Both the position numbers and the translations under genes were made by a program. DNA of 60,078 bases from Hydrurus foetidus (Eukaryota): assembly GCA_900617105.1 (NCBI GenBank), contig UYFQ01000469.1, positions 62,001-122,078 of the forward strand. The letters run 5' to 3'. The first letter of the stretch is position 1, and every line of letters starts with the position of its first letter. The notes under the pieces were generated by a model, which was given only the letters and a program-made list of their open reading frames with translations, was not told where the DNA came from and did not search any database. Shown one piece after another: positions 23,638 to 38,300 of the stretch.

Positions 23638-25087
23638 CTTGCAGAATTGAGGTGGTGGCAAAAATTTTTAGAGGTTGCTAATTTGTGTTTTGTAAAATGA
23701 CATCCACTACAAACGTGAGGTTAAAAAAAGATACAAAACAGAGCTTTCGTGTTTTGTCAACCACTACAACCGTAGAGGTACAAAGTACAAAAAAAAAATT
23801 CCAAAAATTTTCAAATTTTGTATTTTGTAATTTGTACTCCACTAGGAAGGGCCTAATGCATTTTATCCAGAAAAAGTTGTCCAGAATTTTAAATTCGGAT
23901 TTTTTTTTTGGATAATGTTAAGGAATGGCCTAAGAAACGGTCTTATGCTCCATACACCCAAGACACATCATACAAACCTGCAATTGTATAGCAGCACAGA
24001 AATTTGGAGAGCGAACGCTGCCCTACTCAAAGGACGCACCATAACTTCTCAGAGTCTACAACTCACTCTCTATGCTTTGACTGATATAAGCGGTCAAAGT
24101 TACAATCTATTATCTACCTCCCATAACTTCTCTGGCAGAAGGTTTAGTGCAACTTCTTTGCTGCACATCGAACATCACTAAGTCATTTGAATCACAAGAT
24201 GATAATGATGACAATGTAGGTTATAGATCGAGATGGGACGTGCACTCTATCGTCAAGTGCAGGCTACTTGCGAAACACAGTCCACAGTGAGGTCTCGATA
24301 GGGGTCGACTGCAGCGTACCTACTGCACCGTTATCATCAAATACTGCCCACGATGTCATGGTGTTGCCTACAAACCGTATATTTGCGCCCGAACAAAATC
24401 GCACTTGTTAGAATGGAATTCAAGATGAGTAGCTCATGCAGTAGCACATGACTGCATGCAGCTGACTGCGCCAATTGTCTGAACACACTCAACGCTGTGG
24501 CATCTGTGCAAGAAGCATATAATCTGCACTCGAGAGTGATGTGATTCATCTTATCTGCGCAAGGCACTGAAAAGTTTGAAAGATGCGTTATTGTTATCAT
24601 GTTACTGTGCTGTTTTGAGAAAAGAAGCGCGCTGACGGCAGATTATCATTAATCACATTCCTAACGTCATAGGTATTACGCCTCTTCATTACTACTGTAC
24701 GATATTCTATATGAATGCTCATCGAAGCGAAAATTGTACAAGTGCGAACGAAACTGCTCTCATGCAGAAAAATGTATGTCTATTCTATCATCAGGAAACG
24801 GTGCACGTCACCGTACACGAGGAAAAATAAATAGTCGGGTAATGCGAATTCTCAAGTAGAATCCCTTTTCGTTCAGATTGCGTAACGCCAAACGAGGATT
24901 TAAACTGCCCATTGGTGGCTATATAAACTATGTGCACATTGAGCGGAAGAGCCGCTTGTATGGAATTGCCAGCTCATCTATTTATGTACACGTCCGTTTC
25001 AGCTTGTCAGTTTGGAACTGTTCTACTACCACTTCAGTTGATAATGTGGTGATGATGCGTAGCAATCCACGTGTAGTGCATTTTAAT

Positions 25088-28000
25088 TCAGATAGACACC
25101 GCAGTTGGACGAGAAGAAGGCCTGCGGTTTCGGGTAGGTCTGCGAGTGGGCCTTCCTGTCGGACGTGAAGTCGGGTTACCAGTAGGAACAAAATAGTAGT
25201 AGTAATAAGATGTAAGTGCAGGCGCTGCTGACGGATTCGGGATCAGCGTTGCGCTAGGTGAAGTCGTCAGTGTAGCTGATGGCATCGCTGGCGGCGGTGA
25301 TGATGATGGACTTGGCGTTGGCCGTGCAGTCAACATGCTTAAAGGCGGTAACGAAACATTTGCCTCAAAAAAAGATGATGAAGATGATGATGGACTTGAC
25401 GACGGCGTTGCACTAGGTACAGTCGTCGGTGTAACAGATGGCATCGCTGACGGTGATGATGATGACGATGATGATGATGGACTTGACGACGGCGTTGCAC
25501 TAGGTACAGTCGTCGGTGTACCGGATGGCATCGCTGACGGTGATGACGATGATGATGATGGACTTGACGACGGCGTTGCACTAGGTACAGTCGTCGGTGT
25601 ACCGGATGGCATCGCTGACGGTGATGATGATGACGATGATGATGATGGACTTGACGACGGCGTTGCACTAGGTACAGTCGTCGCTAACTGTGTTGGACTA
25701 GGTACAGTCGTCGGTGTGACAGATGGCATCGCTGACGGTGATGACGGTGATGATGATGGACTTGACGACGGCGTTGCACTAGGTACAGTCGTCGGTGTGA
25801 CAGATGGCATCGCTGACGGTGATGATGATGACGATGATGATGATGGACTTGACGACGGCGTTGCACTAGGTACAGTCGTCGGTGTAACGGATGGCATCGC
25901 TGACGGTGATGACGATGATGATGATGGACTTGACGACGGCGTTGCACTAGGTACAGTCGTCGGTGTAACGGATGGCATCGCTGACGGTGATGATGATGAC
26001 GGTGATGATGATGGACTTGACGACGGCGTTGCACTAGGTACAGTCGTCGGTGTACCGGATGGCATCGCTGACGGTGATGATGATGACGATGATGATGATG
26101 GACTTGACGACGGCGTTGCACTAGGTACAGTCGTCGCTAACTGTGTTGGACTAGGTACAGTCGTCGGTGTGACAGATGGCATCGCTGACGGTGATGACGA
26201 TGATGATGATGGACTTGACGACGGCGTTGCACTAGGTACAGTCGTCGGTGTGACAGATGGCATCGCTGACGGTGATGATGATGATGATGATGATGATGGA
26301 CTTGACGTCGGCGTTGCACTAGGTACAGTCGTCGGTGTAACGGATGGCATCGCTGACGGTGATGATGATGACGATGATGATGATGGACTTGACGTCGGCG
26401 TTGCACTAGGTACAGTCGTCGGTGTAACGGATGGCATCGCTGACGGTGATGATGATGATGGACTTGACGACGGCGTTGCACTAGGTACAGTCGTCGGTGT
26501 GACGGATGGCATCGCTGACGGTGATGATGATGATGATGATGGACTTGACGTCGGCGTTGCACTAGGTACAGTCGTCGGTGTAACGGATGGCATCGCTGAC
26601 GGTGATGATGATGATGATGATGGACTTGACGTCGGCGTTGCACTAGGTACAGTCGTCGGTGTAACGGATGGCATCGCTGACGGTGATGATGATGACGATG
26701 ATGATGATGGACTTGACGTCGGCGTTGCACTAGGTACAGTCGTCGGTGTACGGATGGCATCGCTGACGGTGATGATGATGACGATGATGATGATGGACTT
26801 GACGACGGCGTTGCACTAGGTACAGTCGTCGGTGTAACGGATGGCATCGCTGACGGTGATGATGATGACGATGATGATGATGGACTTGACGTCGGCGTTG
26901 CACTAGGTACAGTCGTCGGTGTGACGGATGGCATCGCTGACGGTGATGATGATGGACTTGACGTCGGCGTTGCACTAGGTACAGTCGTCGGTGTGACGGA
27001 TGGCATCGCTGACGGTGATGACGATGATGATGATGGACTTGACGTCGGCGTTGCACTAGGTACAGTCGTCGGTGTAACGGATGGCATCGCTGACGGTGAT
27101 GATGATGACGATGATGATGATGGACTTGACGTCGGCGTTGCACTAGGTACAGTCGTCGGTGTAACGGATGGCATCGCTGACGGTGATGACGATGATGATG
27201 ATGGACTTGACGTCGGCGTTGCACTAGGTACAGTCGTCGGTGTGACGGATGGCATCGCTGACGGTGATGATGATGACGATGATGATGATGGACTTGACGA
27301 CGGCGTTGCACTAGGTACAGTCGTCGGTGTAACGGATGGCATCGCTGACGATGATGATGATGACGATGATGATGATGGACTTGACGACGGCGTTGCACTA
27401 GGTACAGTCGTCGGTGTGACGGATGGCATCGCTGACGGTGATGACGATGATGATGATGGACTTGACGTCGGCGTTGCACTAGGTACAGTCGTCGGTGTAC
27501 CGGATGGCATCGCTGACGGTGATGATGATGATGATGATGATGATGGACTTGACGACGGCGTTGCACTAGGTACAGTCGTCGGTGTAACGGATGGCATCGC
27601 TGACGATGATGATGATGATGATGATGATGATGGACTTGACGTCGGCGTTGCACTAGGTACAGTCGTCGGTGTGACGGATGGCATCGCTGACGGTGATGAC
27701 GATGATGATGATGATGGACTTGACGTCGGCGTTGCACTAGGTACAGTCGTCGGTGTAACGGATGGCATCGCTGACGGTGATGACGATGATGATGATGATG
27801 ATGGACTTGACGACGGCGTTGCACTAGGTACAGTCGTCGGTGTAACGGATGGCATCGCTGACGGTGATGATGATGATGATGATGATGATGGACTTGACGA
27901 CGGCGTTGCACTAGGTACAGTCGTCGTAACTGTGTTGGCACTACGGTACATGTAACGGATGTAACGGATGGTGATGATGATGACGATGATGATGATGGAC

Positions 28001-30824
28001 TTGACGTCGGCGTTGCACTAGGTACAGTCGTCGGTGTAACGGATGGCATCGCTGACGGTGATGATGATGACGATGATGATGATGGACTTGACGACGGCGT
28101 TGCACTAGGTACAGTCGTCGGTGTGACGGATGGCATCGCTGACGGTGATGATGATGACGATGATGATGATGGACTTGACGTCGGCGTTGCACTAGGTACA
28201 GTCGTCGGTGTAACGGATGGCATCGCTGACGGTGATGATGATGACGATGATGATGATGGACTTGACGACGGCGTTGCACTAGGTACAGTCGTCGCTAACT
28301 GTGTTGGACTAGGTACAGTCGTCGGTGTAACGGATGGCATCGCTGACGGTGACGACGGTGATGATGATGGACTTGACGACGTTGCACTAGGTACAGTCGT
28401 CGGTGTGACGGATGGCATCGCTGACGGTGATGATGATGACGATGATGATGATGGACTTGACGTCGGCGTTGCACTAGGTACAGTCGTCGGTGTAACGGAT
28501 GGCATCGCTGACGGTGATGATGATGATGATGATGATGGACTTGACGTCGGCGTTGCACTAGGTACAGTCGTCGGTGTAACGGATGGCATCGCTGACGGTG
28601 ATGATGATGGACTTGACGACGGCGTTGCACTAGGTACAGTCGTCGGTGTGACGGATGGCATCGCTGACGGTGATGATGATGATGATGATGGACTTGACGT
28701 CGGCGTTGCACTAGGTACAGTCGTCGGTGTAACGGATGGCATCGCTGACGGTGATGATGATGATGATGATGGACTTGACGACGGCGTTGCACTAGGTACA
28801 GTCGTCGGTGTAACGGATGGCATCGCTGACGGTGATGATGATGATGATGATGATGGACTTGACGTCGGCGTTGCACTAGGTACAGTCGTCGGTGTAACGG
28901 ATGGCATCGCTGACGGTGATGATGATGACGATGATGATGATGGACTTGACGTCGGCGTTGCACTAGGTACAGTCGTCGGTGTAACGGATGGCATCGCTGA
29001 CGGTGATGATGATGACGATGATGATGATGGACTTGACGACGGCGTTGCACTAGGTACAGTCGTCGGTGTAACGGATGGCATCGCTGACGGTGATGATGAT
29101 GGACTTGACGACGGCGTTGCACTAGGTACAGTCGTCGGTGTAACGGATGGCATCGCTGACGGTGATGATGATGATGATGATGATGATGGACTTGACGTCG
29201 GCGTTGCACTAGGTACAGTCGTCGGTGTAACGGATGGCATCGCTGACGGTGATGATGATGACGATGATGATGATGGACTTGACGACGGCGTTGCACTAGG
29301 TACAGTCGTCGGTGTGACGGATGGCATCGCTGACGGTGATGATGATGACGATGATGATGATGGACTTGACGACGGCGTTGCACTAGGTACAGTCGTCGGT
29401 GTAACGGATGGCATCGCTGACGGTGATGATGATGATGGACTTGACGTCGGCGTTGCACTAGGTACAGTCGTCGGTGTGACGGATGGCATCGCTGACGGTG
29501 ATGATGATGATGATGATGATGATGGACTTGACGTCGGCGTTGCACTAGGTACAGTCGTCGGTGTGACGGATGGCATCGCTGACGGTGATGATGATGACGA
29601 TGATGATGATGGACTTGACGACGGCGTTGCACTAGGTACAGTCGTCGGTGTAACGGATGGCATCGCTGACGGTGATGATGATGATGATGATGATGATGGA
29701 CTTGACGACGGCGTTGCACTAGGTACAGTCGTCGGTGTAACGGATGGCATCGCTGACGGTGATGATGATGATGATGATGATGGACTTGACGTCGGCGTTG
29801 CACTAGGTACAGTCGTCGGTGTAACGGATGGCATCGCTGACGATGATGATGATGACGATGATGATGATGGACTTGACGACGGCGTTGCACTAGGTACAGT
29901 CGTCGGTGTGACAGATGGCATCGCTGACGGTGATGACGATGATGATGATGGACTTGACGACGGCGTTGCACTAGGTACAGTCGTCGGTGTAACGGATGGC
30001 ATCGCTGACGGTGATGATGATGACGATGATGATGATGGACTTGACGACGGCGTTGCACTAGGTACAGTCGTCGGTACGTACGTATCGCTGACGTGACGAT
30101 GATGACGATGATGATGATGGAATGGACGACGTCGGCGTTGCACTAGGTACAGTCGTCGGTGTGACGGATGGCATCGCTGACGGTGATGACGATGATGATG
30201 ATGGACTTGACGTCGGCGTTGCACTAGGTACAGTCGTCGGTGTAACGGATGGCATCGCTGACGGTGATGACGATGACGATGATGATGATGATGATGATGA
30301 TGGACTTGACGTCGGCGTTGCACTAGGTACAGTCGTCGGTGTAACGGATGGCATCGCTGACGGTGATGATGATGATGATGATGATGATGATATGATCTTG
30401 ACGACGGCGTCGTACCGGCACAGATGTGGACTGACGGCGTTGCACTAGGTACAGTCGTCGGTGTGACGGATGGCATCGCTGACGGTGATGATGATGATGA
30501 TGGACTTGACGTCGGCGTTGCACTAGGTACAGTCGTCGGTGTAACGGATGGCATCGCTGACGGTGATGATGATGACGATGATGATGATGGACTTGACGTC
30601 GGCGTTGCACTAGGTACAGTCGTCGGTGTAACGGATGGCATCGCTGACGGTGATGATGATGATGATGATGATGATGGACTTGACGTCGGCGTTGCACTAG
30701 GTACAGTCGTCGGTGTAACGGATGGCATCGCTGACGGTGATGATGATGATGATGATGATGATGGACTTGACGTCGGCGTTGCACTAGGTACAGTCGTCGG
30801 TGTGACGGATGGCATCTCTGACGG

Positions 30825-30873
<49 letters not shown>

Positions 30874-33154
30874 CTTGACGTCGGCGTTGCACTAGGTACA
30901 GTCGTCGGTGTAACGGATGGCAACGGTGATGATGATGATGATGATGGACTTGACGTCGGCGTTGCACCAGGTACAGTCGTCGGTGTGACGGATGGCATCG
31001 CTGACGGTGATGATGATGATGATGATGATGGACTTGACGACGGCGTTGCACTAGGTACAGTCGTCGGTGACGGATGGCATCGCTGACGGTGATGATGATG
31101 ATGATGATGGACTTGACGTCGGCGTTGCACTAGGTACAGTCGTCGGTGACGGATGGCATCGCTGACGGTGATGATGATGACGATGATGATGATGGACTTG
31201 ACGACGGCGTTGCACTAGGTACAGTCGTCGGTGTAACGGATGGCATCGCTGACGGTGATGATGATGATGGACTTGACGACGGCGTTGCACTAGGTACAGT
31301 CGTCGGTGTGACGGATGGCATCGCTGATGGTGATGATGATGATGGACTTGACGTCGGCGTTGCACTAGGTACAGTCGTCGGTGTAACGGATGGCATCGCT
31401 GACGGTGATGACGATGATGATGATGATGGACTTGACGACGGCGTTGCACTAGGTACAGTCGTCGGTGTAACGGATGGCATCGCTGACGGTGATGATGATG
31501 GACTTGACGACGGCGTTGCACTAGGTACAGTCGTCGGTGTAACAGATGGCATCGCTGACGGTGATGATGATGGACTTGACGACGGCGTTGCACTAGGTAC
31601 AGTCGTCGGTGTGACAGATGGCATCGCTGACGGTGATGACGATGATGATGATGATGATGGACTTGACGACGGCGTTGCACTAGGTACAGTCGTCGGTGTG
31701 ACGGATGGCATCGCTGACGGTGATGACGATGACGATGATGATGATGGACTTGACGACGGCGTTGCACTAGGTACAGTCGTCGGTGTGACGGATGGCATCG
31801 CTGACGGTGATGACGATGATGATGATGATGATGATGGACTTGACGTCGGCGTTGCACTAGGTACAGTCGTCGGTGTGACGGATGGCATCGCTGACGGTGA
31901 TGACGATGATGATGATGACTTGATGTGTTGTTGATGTTATGGTGTGATGATGATGGAGGTGGTGATGACGATGATGATGATGATGATGGACTTGACGACG
32001 GCGTTGCACTAGGTACAGTCGTCGGTGTAACGGATGGCATCGCTGACGGTGATGACGATGACGGTGATGATGATGATGGACTTGACGACGGCGTTGCACT
32101 AGGTACAGTCGTCGGTGTAACGGATGGCATCGCTGACGGTGATGACGATGATGATGATGATGGACTTGACGTCGGCGTTGCACTAGGTACAGTCGTCGGT
32201 GTAACGGATGGCATCGCTGACGGTGATGATGATGACGATGATGATGATGATGATGGACTTGACGTCGGCGTTGCACTAGGTACAGTCGTCGGTGTGACGG
32301 ATGGCATCGCTGACGGTGATGATGATGACGATGATGATGATGGACTTGACGTCGGCGTTGCACTAGGTACAGTCGTCGGTGTAACGGATGGCATCGCTGA
32401 CGGTGATGACGATGATGATGATGATGATGGACTTGACGTCGGCGTTGCACTAGGTACAGTCGTCGGTGTGACGGATGGCATCGCTGACGGTGATGATGAT
32501 GATGATGATGATGGACTTGACGTCGGCGTTGCACTAGGTACAGTCGTCGGTGTACCGGATGGCATCGCTGACGGTGATGATGATGACGATGATGATGATG
32601 GACTTGACGTCGGCGTTGCACTAGGTACAGTCGTCGGTGTGACGGATGGCATCGCTGACGGTGATGATGATGATGATGATGATGATGGACTTGACGTCGG
32701 CGTTGCACTAGGTACAGTCGTCGGTGTAACGGATGGCATCGCTGACGGATGATGATGATGATGATGATGGACTTGACGTCGGCGTTGCACTAGGTACAGT
32801 CGTCGGTGTAACGGATGGCATCGCTGACGGTGATGATGATGATGATGGACTTGACGTCGGCGTTGCACTAGGTACAGTCGTCGGTGTGACGGATGGCATC
32901 GCTGACGGTGATGATGATGATGATGATGGACTTGACGTCGGCGTTGCACTAGGTACAGTCGTCGGTGTAACGGATGGCATCGCTGACGGTGATGATGATG
33001 ATGATGATGGACTTGACGTCGGCGTTGCACTAGGTACAGTCGTCGGTGTAACGGATGGCATCGCTGACGGTGATGATGATGATGATGATGATGGACTTGA
33101 CGTCGGCGTTGCACTAGGTACAGTCGTCGGTGTAACGGATGGCATCGCTGACGG

Positions 33155-33188
<34 letters not shown>

Positions 33189-34569
33189 CTTGACGTCGGC
33201 GTTGCACTAGGTACAGTCGTCGGTGTAACGGATGGCATCGCTGACGGTGATGATGATGATGATGATGATGGACTTGACGTCGGCGTTGCACTAGGTACAG
33301 TCGTCGGTGTAACGGATGGCATCGCTGACGGTGATGATGATGATGATGATGATGGACTTGACGTCGGCGTTGCACTAGGTACAGTCGTCGGTGTAACGGA
33401 TGGCATCGCTGACGGTGACGGTGATGATGATGATGATGATGATGATGGACTTGACGTCGGCGTTGCACTAGGTACAGTCGTCGGTGTGACGGATGGCATC
33501 GCTGACGGTGATGATGATGATGATGATGATGGACTTGACGTCGGCGTTGCACTAGGTACAGTCGTCGGTGTGACGGATGGCATCGCTGACGGTGATGATG
33601 ATGATGATGATGATGATGGACTTGACGTCGGCGTTGCACTAGGTACAGTCGTCGGTGTGACGGATGGCATCGCTGACGGTGATGATGATGATGATGATGG
33701 ACTTGACGTCGGCGTTGCACTAGGTACAGTCGTCGGTGTGACGGATGGCATCGCTGACGGTGATGATGATGATGATGATGATGGACTTGACGTCGGCGTT
33801 GCACTAGGTACAGTCGTCGGTGTGACGGATGGCATCGCTGACATGATGATGATGATGATGATGATGATGGACTTGACGTCGGCGTTGCACCAGGTACAGT
33901 CGTCGGTGTGACGGATGGCATCGCTGACGGTGATGACGGTGATGATGATGATGATGGACTTGACGTCGGCGTTGCACTAGGTACAGTCGTCGGTGTAACG
34001 GATGGCATCGCTGACGGTGATGATGATGATGATGATGGACTTGACGTCGGCGTTGCACCGGAACTATCTTCGGCAATAAAAATGGTAGAGTGAGGTGATG
34101 ATGATGATGATGGACTTGACGACGGCGTTGCACTAGGTACAGTCGTCGGTGTAACGGATGGCATCGCTGACGGTGATGATGATGATGATGATGGACTTGA
34201 CGTCGGCGTTGCACTAGGTACAGTCGTCGGTGTGACGGATGGCATCGCTGACGGTGATGATGATGATGATGATGGACTTGACGTCGGCGTTGCACTAGGT
34301 ACAGTCGTCGGTGTAACGGATGGCATCGCTGACGGTGATGATGATGATGATGGACTTGACGTCGGCGTTGCACTAGGTACAGTCGTCGGTGTAACGGATG
34401 GCATCGCTGACGGTGATGATGATGATGGACTTGACGTCGGCGTTGCACTAGGTACAGTCGTCGGTGTAACAGATGGCATCGCTGACGGTGATGATGATGA
34501 TGATGATGGACTTGACGTCGGCGTTGCACTAGGTACAGTCGTCGGTGTGACGGATGGCATCGCTGACGG

Positions 34570-34600
<31 letters not shown>

Positions 34601-35317
34601 CTTGACGTCGGCGTTGCACTAGGTACAGTCGTCGGTGTGACGGATGGCATCGCTGACGGTGATGATGATGATGATGATGGACTTGACGTCGGCGTTGCAC
34701 TAGGTACAGTCGTCGGTGTGACGGATGGCATCGCTGACGGTGATGATGATGATGATGATGATGGACTTGACGACGGCGTTGCACTAGGTACAGTCGTCGG
34801 TGTGACGGATGGCATCGCTGACGGATGATGATGATGATGGACTTGACGTCGGCGTTGCACTAGGTACAGTCGTCGGTGTGACGGATGGCATCGCTGACGG
34901 TGATGATGATGATGATGATGATGGACTTGACGTCGGCGTTGCACTAGGTACAGTCGTCGGTGTGACGGATGGCATCGCTGACGGTGATGATGATGATGAT
35001 GATGGACTTGACGTCGGCGTTGCACTAGGTACAGTCGTCGGTGTAACGGATGGCATCGCTGACGGTGATGATGATGATGATGATGATGGACTTGACGTCG
35101 GCGTTGCACTAGGTACAGTCGTCGGTGTGACGGATGGCATCGCTGACGGTGATGATGATGATGATGATGATGGACTTGACGTCGGCGTTGCACTAGGTAC
35201 AGTCGTCGGTGTAACGGATGGCATCGCTGACGGTGATGATGATGATGATGATGATGGACTTGACGTCGGCGTTGCACTAGGTACAGTCGTCGGTGTAACG
35301 GATGGCATCGCTGACGG

Positions 35318-35348
<31 letters not shown>

Positions 35349-38300
35349 CTTGACGTCGGCGTTGCACTAGGTACAGTCGTCGGTGTGACGGATGGCATCG
35401 CTGACGGTGATGATGATGATGATGGACTTGACGACGGCGTTGCACTAGGTACAGTCGTCGGTGTGACGGATGGCATCGCTGACGGTGATGATGATGATGA
35501 TGATGATGATGGACTTGACGTCGGCGTTGCACTAGGTACAGTCGTCGGTGTGACGGATGGCATCGCTGACGGTGATGATGATGATGATGATGATGATGGA
35601 CTTGACGTCGGCGTTGCACTAGGTACAGTCGTCGGTGTGACGGATGGCATCGCTGACGGTGATGATGATGATGATGGACTTGACGTCGGCGTTGCACTAG
35701 GTACAGTCGTCGGTGTAACGGATGGCATCGCTGACGGTGATGATGATGATGATGATGATGATGGACTTGACGTCGGCGTTGCACTAGGTACAGTCGTCGG
35801 TGTGACGGATGGCATCGCTGACGGTGATGATGATGATGATGATGATGATGGACTTGACGTCGGCGTTGCACTAGGTACAGTCGTCGGTGTGACGGATGGC
35901 ATCGCTGACGGTGATGATGATGATGATGATGATGGACTTGACGTCGGCGTTGCACTAGGTACAGTCGTCGGTGTGACGGATGGCATCGCTGACGATGATG
36001 ATGATGATGATGATGATGGACTTGACGTCGGCGTTGCACTAGGTACAGTCGTCGGTGTGACGGATGGCATCGCTGACGGTGATGATGATGATGATGATGA
36101 TGATGGACTTGACGTCGGCGTTGCACTAGGTACAGTCGTCGGTGTGACGGATGGCATCGCTGACGGTGATGATGATGATGATGATGGACTTGACGTCGGC
36201 GTTGCACTAGGTACAGTCGTCGGTGTGACGGATGGCATCGCTGACGGTGATGATGATGATGATGATGATGATGGACTTGACGTCGGCGTTGCACTAGGTA
36301 CAGTCGTCGGTGTGACGGATGGCATCGCTGACGGTGATGATGATGATGATGATGATGGACTTGACGTCGGCGTTGCACTAGGTACAGTCGTCGGTGTAAC
36401 GGATGGCATCGCTGACGGTGATGATGATGATGATGATGGACCTGACGTTGAAGTCAGGTCGGTACAGTCGTCGGCATACGGACGGCATCGCTGACGGTGA
36501 TGATGATGATGATGGACTTGACGTCGGCGTTGCACTAGGTACAGTCGTCGGTGTGACGGATGGCATCGCTGACGGTGATGATGATGATGATGGACTTGAC
36601 GTCGGCGTTGCACTAGGTACAGTCGTCGGTGTAACGGATGGCATCGCTGACGGTGATGATGATGATGATGGACTTGACGTCGGCGTTGCACTAGGTACAG
36701 TCGTCGGTGTGACGGATGGCATCGCTGACGGTGATGATGATGATGGACTTGACGTCGGCGTTGCACTAGGTACAGTCGTCGGTGTAACGGATGGCATCGC
36801 TGACGGTGATGATGATGATGATGGACTTGACGTCGGCGTTGCACTAGGTACAGTCGTCGGTGTGACGGATGGCATCGCTGACGGTGATGATGATGATGAT
36901 GATGATGATGGACTTGACGTCGGCGTTGCACTAGGTACAGTCGTCGGTGTAACGGATGGCATCGCTGACGGTGATGATGATGATGATGATGATGGACTTG
37001 ACGTCGGCGTTGCACTAGGTACAGTCGTCGGTGTGACGGATGGCATCGCTGACGGTGATGATGATGATGATGATGATGGACTTGACGTCGGCGTTGCACT
37101 AGGTACAGTCGTCGGTGTGACGGATGGCATCGCTGACGGTGATGATGATGATGATGATGATGGACTTGACGTCGGCGTTGCACTAGGTACAGTCGTCGGT
37201 GTGACGGATGGCATCGCTGACGGTGATGATGATGATGATGATGATGATGGACTTGACGTCGGCGTTGCACTAGGTACAGTCGTCGGTGTAACGGATGGCA
37301 TCGCTGACGGTGATGATGATGATGATGATGATGGACTTGACGTCGGCGTTGCACTAGGTACAGTCGTCGGTGTGACGGATGGCATCGCTGACGGTGATGA
37401 TGATGATGATGATGACTTGACGTCGGCGTTGCACTAGGTACAGCCGTCGGTGTAACGGATGGCATCTCTGACGGTGATGATGCTAACGGTCTCAAAGTAA
37501 TTATTGTTATAGGTACTATCTTTGGAAATAAAAATGGTACTGCAGGTAATGATGATGATGGACTTGACGTCGGCGTTGCACTAGGTACAGTCGTCGGTGT
37601 GACGGATGGCATCGCTGACGGTGATGATGGACTTGATGTCGGCGTTGCACTAGGTACAGTCGTCGGTGTAACGGATGGCATCGCTGACGGTGATGATGAT
37701 GATGATGATGATGGACTTGACGTCGGCGTTGCACTAGGTACAGTCGTCGGTGTAACGGATGGCATCGCTGACGGTGATGATGATGATGATGGACTTGACG
37801 TCGGCGTTGCACTAGGTACAGTCGTCGGTGTAACGGATGGCATCGCTGACGGTGATGATGATGATGGACTTGACGTCGGCGTTGCACTAGGTACAGTCGT
37901 CGGTGTAACGGATGGCATCGCTGACGGTGATGATGATGATGGACTTGACGTCGGCGTTGCACTAGGTACAGTCGTCGGTGTGACGGATGGCATCGCTGAC
38001 GGTGATGATGATGATGGACTTGACGTCGGCGTTGCACTAGGTACAGTCGTCGGTGTAACGGATGGCATCGCTGACGGTGATGATGATGATGGACTTGACG
38101 TCGGCGTTGCACTAGGTACAGTCGTCGGTCTAACGGATGGCATCGCTGACGGTGATGATGATGATGGACTTGACGTCGGCGTTGCACTAGGTACAGTCGT
38201 CGGTGTAACGGATGGCATCGCTGACGGTGATGATGATGGACTTGACGTCGGCGTTGCACTAGGTACAGTCGTCGGTGTAACGGATGGCATCGCTGACGGT

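Larger units (their letters stand above)
20804..23853. mobile_element. Second PIF/Harbinger element nested in the first
   Basis: Ends ggtcggtcccagtggagtacaaattacaaaatacaaaatt and reverse complement ggcccttcctagtggagtacaaattacaaaatacaaaatt; TAA TSD at 20801-20803 and 23854-23856. Confidence 0.92.
16967..23930. mobile_element. PIF/Harbinger transposon (outer, apparently intact ORFs)
   Basis: TIR ggccaatccttaacgtatccaaaaaa versus reverse complement ggccattccttaacattatccaaaaaa; TAA TSD at 16964-16966 and 23931-23933; convergent transposase and accessory genes. Confidence 0.93.

Noticed and set aside
23934..25087. Short ORFs between the Harbinger and the S53 gene end
   Set aside because: No motifs or consistent splice structure; treated as intergenic or UTR.
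27925..36490. Scrambled units at ~27925-27970, 30075-30130, 30390-30435, 31918-31960 and 36440-36485
   Set aside because: They look like consensus chimeras and homopolymer-type indels, not programmed frameshifts or biological insertions.
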